A stretch of 64,000 nt of DNA from Octopus sinensis. Its lineage: Eukaryota. Positions 11,700-24,479 of this stretch are shown here, piece by piece. The notes below the pieces were generated by a model, which was not told the DNA's origin, searched no databases, and worked only from the letters and a program-made list of their open reading frames with translations. The position numbers and the translations under genes are program-made. Where the stretch lies: positions 4,340,001 to 4,404,000 of the forward strand of contig NC_043025.1 of NCBI RefSeq assembly GCF_006345805.1. Reading direction: 5' to 3'. Every line of letters starts with the position of its first letter. Position 1 is the stretch's first letter.

Positions 11700-11998
11700 A
11701 TTTTACTTCTCAGAGCTCTTGGTCTTACTTGCTCTGGTTGGTTCTGCGAGAGCGGACAGCAACCTGTTGTCAGAGGTCTCACAGGGTCCCTTTCTGCAAA
11801 TTATAAGACTTGGTTACTTGGATATTAACTATCATAGAAGACACTCAACACCCAGTCACCAATCTCAAAATCCTAACTGTCCCCAATAGAGCAAATTTTC
11901 AGGGCCTGCTGTGCTCTCATGTCAATTCCAATTTCTCCTACATATTTCTTGAACTTGGTTGTTAGTGCTCTGAGTGCCCCTACAACTACTGGGATAAC

Positions 11999-12000
<2 letters not shown>
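11700..12000 (-). mobile_element. R4/Dong-like (RLE-type) non-LTR retrotransposon 3' fragment
   Basis: VIPVVVGALRALTTKFKKYVGEIGIDM then, after a frameshift, ALLGTVRILRLVTGC and stop, the typical C-terminus of RLE-clade elements; truncated at a (TAA)n tract. Confidence 0.6.
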
Positions 12001-12033
<33 letters not shown>

Positions 12034-13224
12034 GATTAAGGTGGTGAGCTGGCAGATTCGTTAGCACACCAGGCAAAATGCTTAGCGGTATTTCATCTTT
12101 ATGTTCTGAGTTCAAATTCTGCCGAGGTCTACTTTGCCTTTCATCCTTTCGGGATCGATAAAATCAAGTACCAGTGAAACACTGGGGTTGATGTAATCAA
12201 TACATCTCCTCCCCAAAATTGGCTCGCCTTGTGCCAAAACTTAAAGCCATTATTATTATCATCATTATTATTATTATTATTATGAAATGCATAGTGGCAT
12301 TGCATCCTTCTTGAGTTCAATTTCTATCAAGGTTGACTAAGCTTTTCATCCTTTCAGGGTTGATAAAATTGATGAAATAAATACCAGTTGTATACTGGGA
12401 TTGATATAATTGACTAGCCCACCTTGTTCCCCAAAATTTCAAACCTTGTCCCTTTAAGTAGAAATAACAATTATTATTTACTGTTCACTTTTCCATGCTT
12501 GCATGGGTCAGACAGAATCTGTTGAAGCAGGGTTTTCTACAGCAGGATACCCTTCCTGTCACCAACCCTTGCTTGTATGATGATGATGATGATGCTCATT
12601 TACAACCATCACATTCACCCGCATGATGGACTTCTTTCATTTTCCGTCTAGCAAATTCACTTAAGGGCTATAGTAGTGGGATTGAACCTAAAACCACATG
12701 ATTGTAAATAAAGCAAGCTTCTTAACCACACAGCTGTGGAAATGTTTATACCTTTTGATACCAACCTGACTGAATTAATTGAAAGAAACACAGAGCATCT
12801 CAACAGAAATATGGTAACAAAAGGGTTAAAGTCACCATGATATTTTTAACCCTTTTGTTACCAACCTGGCTGAAACCAGCTCTGGCTCTGTAGTACAAAT
12901 GTCTTGTTTTCATAAGTTTTGAATTAGAATCTTCCACCAAACCTTAGTCACAATTTATGTTCCTAACACTAGCTGAATGATAACTAAGTTATTTTACTAA
13001 ATTCTTTGTTATATTTAAAATTAATTGAAAGAAACTCAGAGCATCTCAACAGAAATACAGTGACGAAAGGGTTAAATATATTTCCTCTAAAGATTAGATT
13101 TATTGCACAAACATATAATTCCATTAGTAATAATTCATCTCAGATATCTATTACTGAAGCTGGGATGGTCACGGCTGGGAAGCCTTTGATTTGTATAATT
13201 GTATTACTCTTTATTTTATTCTTA

Positions 13225-13755
13225 ACCATTTAGCATTTAAACCAGCCACTTCAGGCTAAAATATTCTACCTGTTTTATGTTAATGTTGGCCAGATTCAGC
13301 CTCTCTCACCTATCCGGCAATGTCATTTTAAAAGTCGCGACAAGATAATGCCAGATTAATTCAGAACAATGTGAATAAATAAGCTTTACATTTGGCAGAG
13401 TGATCTGAATGCCAAAGGGCGAACCCTTTAATGTTTAAACCTGCCAGATTTGGCCTCTCTTACCTACCCTACAATGTCATTCTAAAAGTAAACAGTCACA
13501 TCGAGATCTTGCAGCTATGGAGATACTCTCTCTCTCTCTCTTTTACTCTTTTACTTGTTTCAGTCATTTGACTGCGGCCATGCTGGAGCACCGCCTTTAG
13601 TCGAGCAACTCCACCCCGGGACTTATTCTTTTGTAAGCCCAGTACTTATTCTATCGGTCTCTTTTGCCGAACCGCTAAGTAACAGGGACATAAACACACC
13701 AGCATCGGTTGTCAAGCAATGCTAGGGGGACAAACACATACACACAAACATACAC

Positions 13756-13816
<61 letters not shown>

Positions 13817-14920
13817 TATATATGATGGGCTTCTTTCAGTTTCCGTCTACCAGATCCACTCACAAGGCTTTGGTCGGCCCGAGGCTATAGTAGAAGACAC
13901 TTGCCCAAGATGCCACGCAGTGGGACTGAACCCAGAACCATGTGGTTGGTAAACAAGCTACTTACCACACAGCCTATGAATAATGAATAAATTAAAAACG
14001 ATTTGAATAATCACTGCATTTGACAGAGTAACCTGAATGCCAAACGGTTAACTCTAGCATTTAAACCAGTCGTATCCAGCTAAAATATTCTACGTGTTTT
14101 ATGATTAAGCCATCCCAATCCAGCCTCTCACAACTTCCCTACAATGTTGTTCTAAAAATAAACAATCACATCCATGCCAGCGGCGTGTAAAGAGCACCAA
14201 CCGATCGTGGCCGTTGCCAGCCTCCTCTGGCACGTAAAAAGCACCTACTACACTATCGGAGTGCTTGGCGTTAGGAAGGGCATCCAGCTGTAGAAACACT
14301 GCCAGATCAGACTGGAGCCTGGTGCAGCCTCCTGGCTTCCCAAACCCCAGTCAAGCCGTCTATCATCCATGCCAGCATGGAAAACAGACGTTAAACGATG
14401 ATGATGACATCATTGAAATCTCAAAGCTATAAGATAATATATTGATTAATTAAAAACAGTATAAATAAATAAGCAATTATATCTGAATGCTAATGTGTTG
14501 GCCTTTCAGCGTTTAAACCAGCCAGATCCAGCTTCTCAGACCTACCCTACAATGTCATTCAAAAAATGGCTACAAGATAATGCATGATTAATTCAAATCA
14601 GTGTGATTTAATAAGCATCAGATTTGACCAAATAATCTGATTGCGAAAGGATTTAATCCTTTAGTGTTCAGATTATTCTATCAAACATAATGCTTACTCT
14701 TTACTCTTTTACTTGTTTCAGTCATTTGACTGCGGCCATGCTGGAGCACCGCCTTTAGTCGAGCAAATCAACCCCGGGACTTATTCTTTGTAAACCCAGT
14801 AGTTATTCTATCGGTTTCTTTTGCCGAACCGCTAAGTGACGAGGACGTAAACACACCAGCATCGGTTGTCAAGCAATGCTAGGGGGACAAACCACACACA
14901 CACACACACACACATACACA

Positions 14921-14980
<60 letters not shown>

Positions 14981-15177
14981 TACATATATACGACAGGCTT
15001 CTTATTGATTTGAATTAATCATGCATTATCTCATATCTTCAAGATCTTGATGGTGTAACTACTTAATGTAGAATAACATTGTAGGGTAGGTGTGAGGGCC
15101 TGGATCTGGTCAGTTTGAACATAAAACAGATTAAATATTTTGGCCGGATATGGCCGGTTTAAATACTAATGGGTTAA
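13225..15177. mobile_element. Cluster of piggyBac-like MITE family F copies with nested SINE A and SINE D insertions
   Basis: Repeated TTAA-CCCTTTAGCATT...AATGCTAAAGGG-TTAA-type units with the internal motif cctaccctacaatgtcattctaaaa; a second cluster at 15980-17046. Confidence 0.7.
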
Positions 15178-15201
15178 TGTTGTTTTTCTTCACTTTTACA
15201 G

Positions 15202-15522
15202 GGGCCCGAGAGCCAGTGGGAGGGCACTCACTTCTCCACAGATCAGGATGGCAAGATGGCAGCCAAGTTCCGTAAGCTGATGGGTATGAAGCCAGAGGAA
15301 GGTTGCAGTGATGGTCAGCAGGGGTCACAGGGACCGTCAGCATCAGCTACACATAGCAGTGCTAGCAGTGGCAGTGGTGGAGCCACCAGCGATGACCGCA
15401 AGAAGCAACAGGAGGAGCTGTTCACTCGGCTGGACAAGGAATATGAGTTTGCTCGGATGACCACCCACACACACCGCGGGGTTGGGCTTGGCTTCCAGTC
15501 GCAGAACTTCTACCAGCACTGA
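15202..15522 (+). CDS. RSRC2: RSRC2 terminal coding exon (SMAP-like domain)
   Basis: Acceptor tttttcttcacttttacag|GGG; GPESQWEGTHF...KFRKLMGMK...QQEELFTRLDKEYEFARMTTHTHRGVGLGFQSQNFYQH then TGA; matches the RSRC2 C-terminal KFRKLMG and ARxxTHxxRGxGLGF motifs. Confidence 0.95.
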   Translation, partial: GPESQWEGTHFSTDQDGKMAAKFRKLMGMKPEEGCSDGQQGSQGPSASATHSSASSGSGGATSDDRKKQQEELFTRLDKEYEFARMTTHTHRGVGLGFQSQNFYQH

Positions 15523-16230
15523 TCCTGATTGTGGTCACGGTGGTTATCATAGTCATCATCGTCATTCTTGTCGTATATTGTCGACAGCAGCAACAACAGT
15601 AGTAGTAGTAGCAGCAGCAGCAGCAACAACAAAAACAGCAGCAAAACCCTGCAACTCTTGCACCACAGAGTAACTTGCACTGTTTTCTGCATATGCATTT
15701 TTGCCCTCACTTCTTCCAAATCTCCTTCCTCTTCCACTTCGATGAACTCTTCATCCTCAATTGAGAGATAGCGTGTTTGGCTTCTTTTTTTTTTTTTTGT
15801 TCTATTTAAATTAAGTTTTTATTGTTTATTTTCTTTGTTGATTAATTTTACTCCAACTCTCTGCTGTTCATCCCAAATTTGATAAAACAAAATCCATAGC
15901 CAAAGGACTTGGATCAGTTTTAAATCATCTGCTACCCCTTTCTTTCTTTCTCAAAATTTTGCTTCCTTTTCTTCTATTAAACTCTTTAGCATTTAAACTG
16001 GCTCTATCCAGCCCAAATATTCTACCTACTCTGCATTAAACCTGGCCAGATTCAGCTCCTTGCACCTACCTACACCTTCTTAACCCTTTAGTATTTAATC
16101 TGGCCATATCCGGCCTGAATATTCTACCTGTTTTGTCTTAAAGCCAACCATATCCAACCTCTTGCACCTACCCTACAATGTCATTCTAAAACTATGCAAA
16201 CACACCATTGAAATCTTGAAGATACAAGAT

Positions 16231-16846
16231 CTCTCTGTCTGCTCAGTCGAAGTCGACTCTTGGTCACTCGTTGGATCAGTGTCCTCCAGTCAGTTCTATC
16301 CTGGGCCGCTTCTTTCAGATTGGCCATGTCCATTCCGGTATCACTCTTGATGGTGTCAAGCCAACGGGTTCTTGGTCGGCCTCTTCCTCTCTTGCCACTG
16401 ACCTTTCCGAGCATGATTTCCTTCTCCAAGGATTTTCTCCGCATAATATGACCGAAATATGCCAATCTATGCTTGGTGATCCTAGCTTCTAGCGACATTT
16501 TCGGCCTTATCTGTTTAAGAACTTCTCCATTGGTGGGCCTCGCTGTCCATGGAATCAATCCGTAAAAGTCTTCTCCAACACCAAAGCTCGAATGCATTAA
16601 TTCTCTTCTGGTCAGCTTTCTTTAGTGTCCAGGTCTCGCATCCATATGTTGCTATTGGGAAGACAATTGCATTCACCAATCTGCATTTGGTAGCGAGTCT
16701 GATGTCTCTACTCTTCCAGACCCTGCTCATGCTGACCATTGCCTCTCTGCCTGGTTCTATCCGCCATCTTATTTCTGGAGTGCAGTCACCATCTTGATTT
16801 ATTTTGGAGCCAAGGAAGATGAAATCATCAACCACTTCAATCTCTT
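16231..16846 (-). mobile_element. BovB-like RTE LINE 3' fragment inserted into a family F MITE
   Basis: FIFLGSKINQDGDC..EI..RI...YGCETWTLKK...FELWCWRRLLRI (frameshift) PWTAR..N..VL...YFGHIMRR.SLEK.IMLGKV.GKRGRGRP..RWLD; putative TSD CAAGAT at 16225-16230 and 16847-16852. Confidence 0.85.
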
Positions 16847-17407
16847 CAAGATAACATGATACATTCAAAACAGCATGACTAAATAAGCAATACACTTGAT
16901 AGATTAATCTGAATGCTAAAAAGTGAAATATAAATTATCACATCATCGAAATCTTGAATCTATGAGGATAATGCTTGATTAACTCAAAACAATGTGGATA
17001 AATAAGAATTACATTTGACAGAGTAATTGTAATGCTAAAGGGTTAATTGGGTGATAATTGGCAGAATGGCTAGCTGAATGTAATGAACATTCTGCTGTGT
17101 TTAGTCACGTCCATATACGTCCTGAGTTCAATCTGTCCGAAGGTTAATAAATCATATTCAAGAACTGGCTGTCAGTGTCATTGAGCACTCCTGCTTCCTG
17201 TCATATTTGTGATCATGTGCCTTGCCCGTATCACAGAAATATCATTGATATTGTTATTGGAATGATGATGGCAGATGCTGGCAGAATTGTTAAGTGTGTT
17301 GGACAAAAATGCCTGGCAGCATTTCTTCACCGGGGCTTTACGCTCTAAGTTCAAATACCACTGAGGGTGAATTTATCTTTCATCTTTTCAGGGCCAATAA
17401 GATAAGT

Positions 17408-17455
<48 letters not shown>

Positions 17456-17456
17456 G

Positions 17457-18162
17457 AGGCGCAATGGCCCAGTGGTTAGGGCCGCGGACTCGCTGTTGTA
17501 GGATCGCGGTTTCGATTCCCAGGCCAGGCGTTGTGAGTGTTTATTGAGCGAAAACACCTAAAAGCTCCACGAGGCTCCGGCAGGGGGTGGCAATCCCTAC
17601 TGTACTCTTTCACCACTCTTTCTCCCACTCTTCTGTTGGCCTACTCGCTTAGCCAGCGGGGTGGCATCATTCAAAGGCTAAACTAATGCGAATGCATTGT
17701 AACCAGCGATGTGTAACAACATCTAATGGTCTGGTCGGTCACGTGATAGATATATATATATATATGTCCGCTGCCCTAACCACTGGGCCATTGCGCCTCC
17801 ACATATATATATATATCATCATCATCATCATCATCGTTAAACGACGATGATGATGATGATGATGATATATATATATATGTGGAGGCGCAATGGCCCAGTG
17901 GTTAGGGCAGCGGACTCGCGGTTGTAGGATCGCAGTTTTGATTCCCAGATCGAGTCTTTATTGAGCGAAAACACCTAAAGCTCCACGAGGCTCTGGCAGG
18001 GGCTGGTGGCGATCCCTGCTGTACTCTTTTGCCACAACTCTTTCTTCTGTTGGCCTGCTCGCTTAGCCAGCGGGGTGGTGTCATTTGAAGGCTAAAACAG
18101 TGCGAAGTGCATTGTGACCAGTGATGTGTAGCAACATCTGATAGCCTGGTCGGTCACGGTGA
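17457..18162 (+). mobile_element. Two tandem SINE C copies separated by an inverted duplication
   Basis: Heads at 17457 and 17880; a palindrome at 17766-17915 lies between them. Confidence 0.8.
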
Positions 18163-18258
<96 letters not shown>

Positions 18259-18291
18259 ACATACTTATGTATGTTTGTATATAAGTGCACA

Positions 18292-18495
18292 TGTATATGT
18301 TAGTTAGTTTGGCTCAAAAGCAAATAGCAAGGCCATGTAGGGGGACATGGAGTTAAGTACAGGGTGGTGTTCATGTAAAGAGTTCAGGCCACTTGAGGTC
18401 AAGGGAGGCTTTGAACAAAGCGGTCGTCGGCATCTTCACCATCTCGTCTGGCAGCTTGTTCCACGGATCCGCAACCCGGACGGAGAAAGCTCCTC
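18292..18495 (-). mobile_element. CR1-clade LINE 3' end
   Basis: The reverse strand reads AFSVRVADPWNKLPDEMVKMPTTALFKASLDLKWPELFT then stop, the CR1 C-terminal FF..RV...WN.LP motif. Confidence 0.7.
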
Positions 18496-19437
18496 TCCTT
18501 CGATACATATATGTGTGTGTATAATCAGAGTATACTTGGCCTGAAGGGTAGCTTGCAGTCTACCTCTTTTTTGGATAATTACTATTTCCAAGGGTCTGCT
18601 AGCTATGAAACATGTCGCCTGGATTTTATCTACCCCATTCCCTAATTTTTGGTTGTCTACTCGCATATACAACAAGCCCAGTTGCTAACCATGAACTATT
18701 AAATAACCTTTTTCTAGCTTATCGTACTTCGATATGGGGAAAATTGCCTGTCTTCTGCGCCAATAAACCATTGCTGTTCCTGAAAGTTGTTTTTTCATAT
18801 CTTCTACGGATTGCTTAAAGCTCACTAGTCTCCTACAGCTTGATCATTGGATCTTACCTTTACATATCTTTATATATGTGTGTGTGTGTGTGTATATGGT
18901 GGACTCTCCGGTCAAAGATGACATATGAGCGTCCAGCTTTTTCCAAACGACCTACACGTATGATTTGCTTATAGTGATCAAATGTCCGTGCCACACATTA
19001 GCTCGCTCTCTCCATCAAATTGACGTTGTCAGAACAGGTGCACTCAATGCCAAGCGTCAGGTGTCGAAGTGATCGTATATGGTATATCTGAGAATACGAC
19101 GACAAGATTGAGGTTTTAAATTTTGGAACCAGTATGGTTTGTCGTGTCCTGGCCAGGATATTTCATTTCATGTTCCTCTAATTCTTCTTGGCTGAATTAA
19201 GTACCATGTGCTGGTGTAGCCCTTCCATTATCTCTCCCACCCACCCACCCACTAGCTGTTGCATCCTACATTTTTTTTCTAAGATAGGTCAAACCAAAAA
19301 TTTGTCAAAAGGCATTCACAAGAAAATAGCTATTAATTAATTAATTGATTTTTTTGATTAATTGGAATTAATTCCTGCTCAGCGTGTTACCATTTGTGTT
19401 GCCCTTACAGACCTGATAATATATCTCAATAAATAAA

Positions 19438-20485
19438 GGCGGCGAGCTGGCAGAACCGTTAGCACGCCGGGCGAAATGCGTAGCTGTATTTCGTCTGCTG
19501 TTACGTTCTGAGTTCAAATTCCGCCGAGGTCGACTTTGCCTTTCATCCTTTCGGGGTCGATAAATTAAGCACCAATTACGCACTGGGGTTGATGTAATCG
19601 ACTTAATCCGTTTGTCTGTCCTTGTTTGTCTCCTCTGTGTTTAGCCCCTTGTGGGTAGTAAAGAAACGAATAATATATCTGAATAAATAAGGCGGCAAGC
19701 TGGCAGAAACGTTAGCATGCTGGGCGAAATGCTTAGCTGTATTTCGTCTGTCTTTATGTTCCAAGTTCAAATTCCACTGAGGTCAACTTTGCCTTTCATC
19801 CTTTCGGGGTCGATAAATTAAGTACCAGTTGCATACTGGGGTCGATCTAATTGACTGGCCCCCTCCCCGAAAATTTCAGGCCTTGTGCCTAGAGTAGAAA
19901 AGATTATTAAAAATATATGAAAAGCAAAACTGTTATCAAACTGAAATTTTATATGTCATTTAAATGCTAAAGGCTTTCTTCTCAGTCACCCATCTCCATC
20001 TATCCGTCTCCCTATCTATATATCTACTATCTGTCTGTCTGTTTTCAGTTATCTTTAACCAACCATCTCTATCTATTTGTTTCTCTCTCACTCTCTATAG
20101 AGTTTGTCAAGAGAGTGGTTAATATTAGGAAGGGCATCCATCCGTAAAAACCCTGCCAAAACAGATACAGTAGCCTGGTGTGGTCTAATGCTTGGCTAGC
20201 TTCATGTCAAACTGTCCAACCCATGCTTGCATCGAAGGCAGACGTTAAATGATTATGTGTATATATATACAGGCGGCGAGCTGGCAGAAACGTTAGCACG
20301 CCGGCCGGAATGCCTAGCAGTATTTCAGCCGCTGTTACGTTCTGAGTTCAAATTCTGCGAGGTCGACTTTGCCATTCATCCTTTCGGGGTCGATAAATTA
20401 AGTACCAGTTACACACTGGGGTCGATATAATCGACTTAATCCGTTTGTCTGTCCTTGTTTAGCCCATTGTGGGTAGTAAAGAAAC
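19438..20485 (+). mobile_element. Cluster of tRNA-type SINE family B copies (core gcctttcatcctttcggggtcgataaattaagtacc)
   Basis: Heads ggcggcgagctggcagaa at 19438, 19691 and 20271. Other copies at 12038, 22958, 23515, 25170-25455(-), 32375, 34250-34510(-), 41115-41280(-) and 46484. The central block resembles the MetaSINE-type conserved domain (tentative). Confidence 0.8.
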
Positions 20486-20487
20486 AG

Positions 20488-20515
<28 letters not shown>

Positions 20516-20520
<5 letters not shown>

Positions 20521-20743
20521 GTAAAATAATATGTGACAGTTATTCGGTAGCCAAGATAAAACTCTGAGTTTCGGATGCTGAGGTGGAAATCCACACCACC
20601 ATCTCTTCGGTCTTTTTCCATAGTGGTTTTTTCAGATGGCCAGATAACCGAAGAGATGGTGGTGTGGATTTCCACCTCGGCATCCGAAACTCAGAGTTTT
20701 ATCTTGGCTACCGAATAATTGTCACATGTTACATTTACAGATA
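20516..20743. mobile_element. Foldback MITE-like hairpin with ~96-bp arms
   Basis: 20516-20611 is the reverse complement of 20647-20743; adjacent to (TA)n. Confidence 0.75.
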
Positions 20744-20799
20744 AATTTCCTCTATTTACATAATATCGAGGTCTCTTTCTTTCTTTTGTTATCTTACCG

Positions 20800-20837
<38 letters not shown>

Positions 20838-20839
<2 letters not shown>

Positions 20840-21095
20840 GAACGGTTGTATACTGTCAATCTAACGTGAACGTGACAGTAGGGGGTTACACCACCGCTGT
20901 TTAGCCCTAGGAAGCATTGATGCTTCCTGATGGCTTTGACACATTATTCCTGTGTCCTTATATATATGAATAATGTGACACAGGAATAATGTGTCAAAGC
21001 CATCAGGAAGCGTCGATACTTCCTAGGGCTAAACAGCGGTGGTGTAAGCCCCTACTCTCACGTTCACGTTAGATTGACAGTATACAACCATTCTA
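20838..21095. mobile_element. Foldback MITE-like hairpin with ~119-bp arms
   Basis: 20838-20956 is the reverse complement of 20977-21095; 20-nt spacer; adjacent to (TA)n. Confidence 0.75.
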
Positions 21096-22450
21096 TCGCC
21101 CCACCACCGTACATATCTCTGAGATATTTAGAAATTCAATATTTCTTACTATATATATATATAATTATCTTTAGCTAGCCAACCATCTATCTCTCTCTCT
21201 CTCTCACTCCCCCTCCCACATATGTATGTATCTCTCTTCTTGATCCACCCCCTATGCTCACTGTATTAGCAATCCTTTGTGACCTTCACTCTTGGCTTCC
21301 TCTCCCATTTATCTAAAAACTATTTTCTCTACTCTTTCGCCATGGGTGGGTGGGTGGATGGCCTCTTATGTATACTTCTTCCTTGCAACTCTCTCTCTCT
21401 CTTTTTAATTTTTTTATATTTATTTATCTTTATTTTATTCTTTAGTGGAAAATATCAGAGTGAAAGCATCAAGCTGTGTATATATGTATGTATATATATA
21501 TGTTTTTTGTGGGTGTGTGCCTGACGAACTTTTAATTGCAAAAAAAAAAAAATTGTGAAGACTAGAAGGAAAAGTTGGAGAAGAAAAATTTAGAAAAAAA
21601 AAAAGAACAATCGAAAAATGTCCCCTTAAAACAAAAGTATTTGTTCCCCCATCCCCATCTCCTTTAGCTAAAAATGCAGTCTGTGTTGCTCCTTTTTTTT
21701 TTTTTCTGCCACTCTCTCACAGTACATCTTTACTCTCTTCAAGTAGTCTTAATAATGGTTTAGGAACACTGCTGTTTTCTTCACCCACCTCTATCCTTCC
21801 CCCACCTCATCAACCATCCCCCACCACCTACCTGCCAAGCCTTCCCCATATTTCCAGTTTTTTTTTTTTTTTCCATATAATTTTAAAATGTCATTTAACA
21901 AAAAAAGGAAAAAAAAAAGGATATCTTTTACAAATTCTATTTAATTTATTTTTTTATCTTACTCCCTTTTCTTTTCATTCATTCATTCATTCAGTTTATG
22001 TGTTCTAACTTAGGGATTGGATATATGCATATATTACTGTGGCTGGAATATTTACAATGGAGATTAAGTTTACCGAGTCTACAGCGATAGAAGGGTTGAT
22101 TGTTTATTGTGTTGAGCCAAGCTACGTCAGAGGTGAAGACCTGTCGCTGCTGCTGGTGTTTCATTGTTTTTCCACAGAACATTCTACTCCATTTTTTTTT
22201 GTTTGGTATGAACTGATGCAAGAGGGGAAGTCACTAAATCACTGAAAAGATCACAAACAGTAGGAGGCGTAGGAGTGGCTGTGTGGTAAGTAGCTTGCTT
22301 ACCAACCACATGGTTCCGGGTTCAGTCCCACTGCGTGGCACCTTGGGCAAGTGTCTTCTACTATAGCCTCGGGCCGACCAATGCCTTGTGAGTGGATTTG
22401 GTAGACGGAAACTGAAAGAAGCCCATCGTATATATATATATATATATATA

Positions 22451-22485
<35 letters not shown>

Positions 22486-22926
22486 ATATATATATATATA
22501 TATATATGTGTATATGTTTGTGTGTCTGTGTTCCAACATCGCTTGACAACCGATGCTGGTGTGTTTACGTCCCCGTCACTTAGCGGTTCGGCAAAAGAGA
22601 CCGATAGAATAAGTACTGGGCTTACAAAAGAATAAGTTCCGGGGTCGAGTTGCTCGAGTAAAGGCGGTGCTCCAGCATGGCCGCAGACTGAAATGAGTAA
22701 AAGAGTAAAACAGGCTTTACATTTGACAGAGTAGAGTTGAACCCATGTGTTAATATTATTGGCATAATGACTCTCTCAAGACACTACAAAATTCTACACT
22801 CTGTTTGCCTCAGTTCACCTTATCTGTCGGAATCTGGTACCACATCTAGCTGTGGATGTTCACAGTCTTTGTGATTGAAAATCCAGTTTCCCCTGAAAAT
22901 GCTGGTCTTGTGCCAAAATTTGAAAC

Positions 22927-22957
<31 letters not shown>

Positions 22958-23799
22958 GAAGGCGACAAACTGGCAGAATTGTTAACACACCGGGGAAAAA
23001 TGCATAGCGGTATTTTACCCGTCGCTGTGTTCCGAGGTCGACTTTGCCTTTCATCCTTTCGGGGTTGATTATATAAGTACCAGTTATGCACTGGGGTAAA
23101 TGTAATCAACTAGTCCCTTACCCGAAAATTTTAGGCTTTGCCCCTGTAGTCGAAAGTATTATTACTATGGAAAGCTGAGCTGGCAGAATTGCTAGCATGC
23201 CGGGCAAAATGCCTTATGGCATTTCATCCCTTTACGTTCTGAGTTCAAATTCCGTCAAATTCGACTTCAGTTCCTTGTATCAAGTATCAAACCCGGTGTT
23301 TTGGCATGGGTCAGTAGCTCAGTTGTCCTTCAGTGGAGTGTGAACACATTAGCGGCAGCAGCAGTCTTTATGTAGGAGTAAACAAATTCGATGGCGTTGG
23401 GTCACAGTTGAGGTTGGATGGTCAGTGTGGGCATGCTGTAGTCTATACAGGTGGCAGGGAGTTAAACGCCCTGCCCTTCTGTGTGGGGATAGCCAGGACA
23501 AGATGGTATATTTAGGGCGGAGAGCTGGCAGAAACTTAAGCACACCAGGTGAAATGCGTAGCCGTATTTCGTCTGCCGTTATGTTCTGAGTTCAAATTCC
23601 GCCGTGGTCGACTTTGCCTTTCATCCTTTCGGGGTTGATAAATTAAGTACCAGTTACGTACTGGGGTCGATATAATCAACTTAATCCATCTGTCTGTCCT
23701 TGTTTGTCCCCTCTGTGTTTAGCCCCTTGTGGGTAGTAAAGAAATAGGTATTTCTAGGTTGTCAACTGCCTACCATACACATACACTCATTTACATTTA

Positions 23800-24105
23800 G
23801 AAATGCCAGCATGGAAAGTACCAGGAGTCTGTTGGTTACAATGTCGGAGATTCCAGCTGACCTGATCAACGGAGCAGCCTGCTTGTGAAATTAACATGCA
23901 AGCAATTGGAACATGTAGCCTTCATGCAGTTCTCAGAGGTTCTGTGACAAGGCTGGGCGCTTTTGAATTACCGGTACAACACATTTTTGTCAGCTGGGTG
24001 CACTGGAGCAGCATGAACTCTAGAAGCATTTTGCTCAAGGACCCAACTCACTCACTGCTAGGAATTGAACTCCTGATTCCATGCACCTTCACTAAGCAAG
24101 GAACA
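23800..24105 (-). mobile_element. Diverged CORE-type tRNA SINE
   Basis: The reverse strand has ggagttcaattcc (B box) then ccttgagcaaaatgctt...gctccagtgcacccagctg (CORE-like). Confidence 0.55.
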
Positions 24106-24479
24106 TAGTCTTTTTTTTGTGTGTGTGTAAAGTTGATGACAGTGTAGCTACTTAATTTCACAAGTTGAGGATCAGTGTTAAGGTGTTAATGGGGGGCCTG
24201 GGTAGGGTTAGATGGTGGGCAGAATTAATACTGGTCTTTGAATCAATTTTACTCAAATATAATAGGAAAAGAAAACCCCAACACATGGTGTGTTTAATAA
24301 TCCCTACTTGAAATCCAGCCCTTTTTTTATATGTATATAGATCGCCAGTCTTCATGCTATGTTTGTTTCTCCATAATGGAGACTTTGTAAATAAAATAAC
24401 AATAAACCCTTGAAAATGAACAAGTCTTGCCTCTTAATTGTTTTGTTTTTTCTCTTGTGTGTGTGGACAGTGCTGGTGG

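Noticed and set aside
21991-22245. Overlapping short ORFs in repeat-poor sequence
   Set aside because: No recognisable motif and no convincing splice-site pair; it may be UTR or intergenic DNA.
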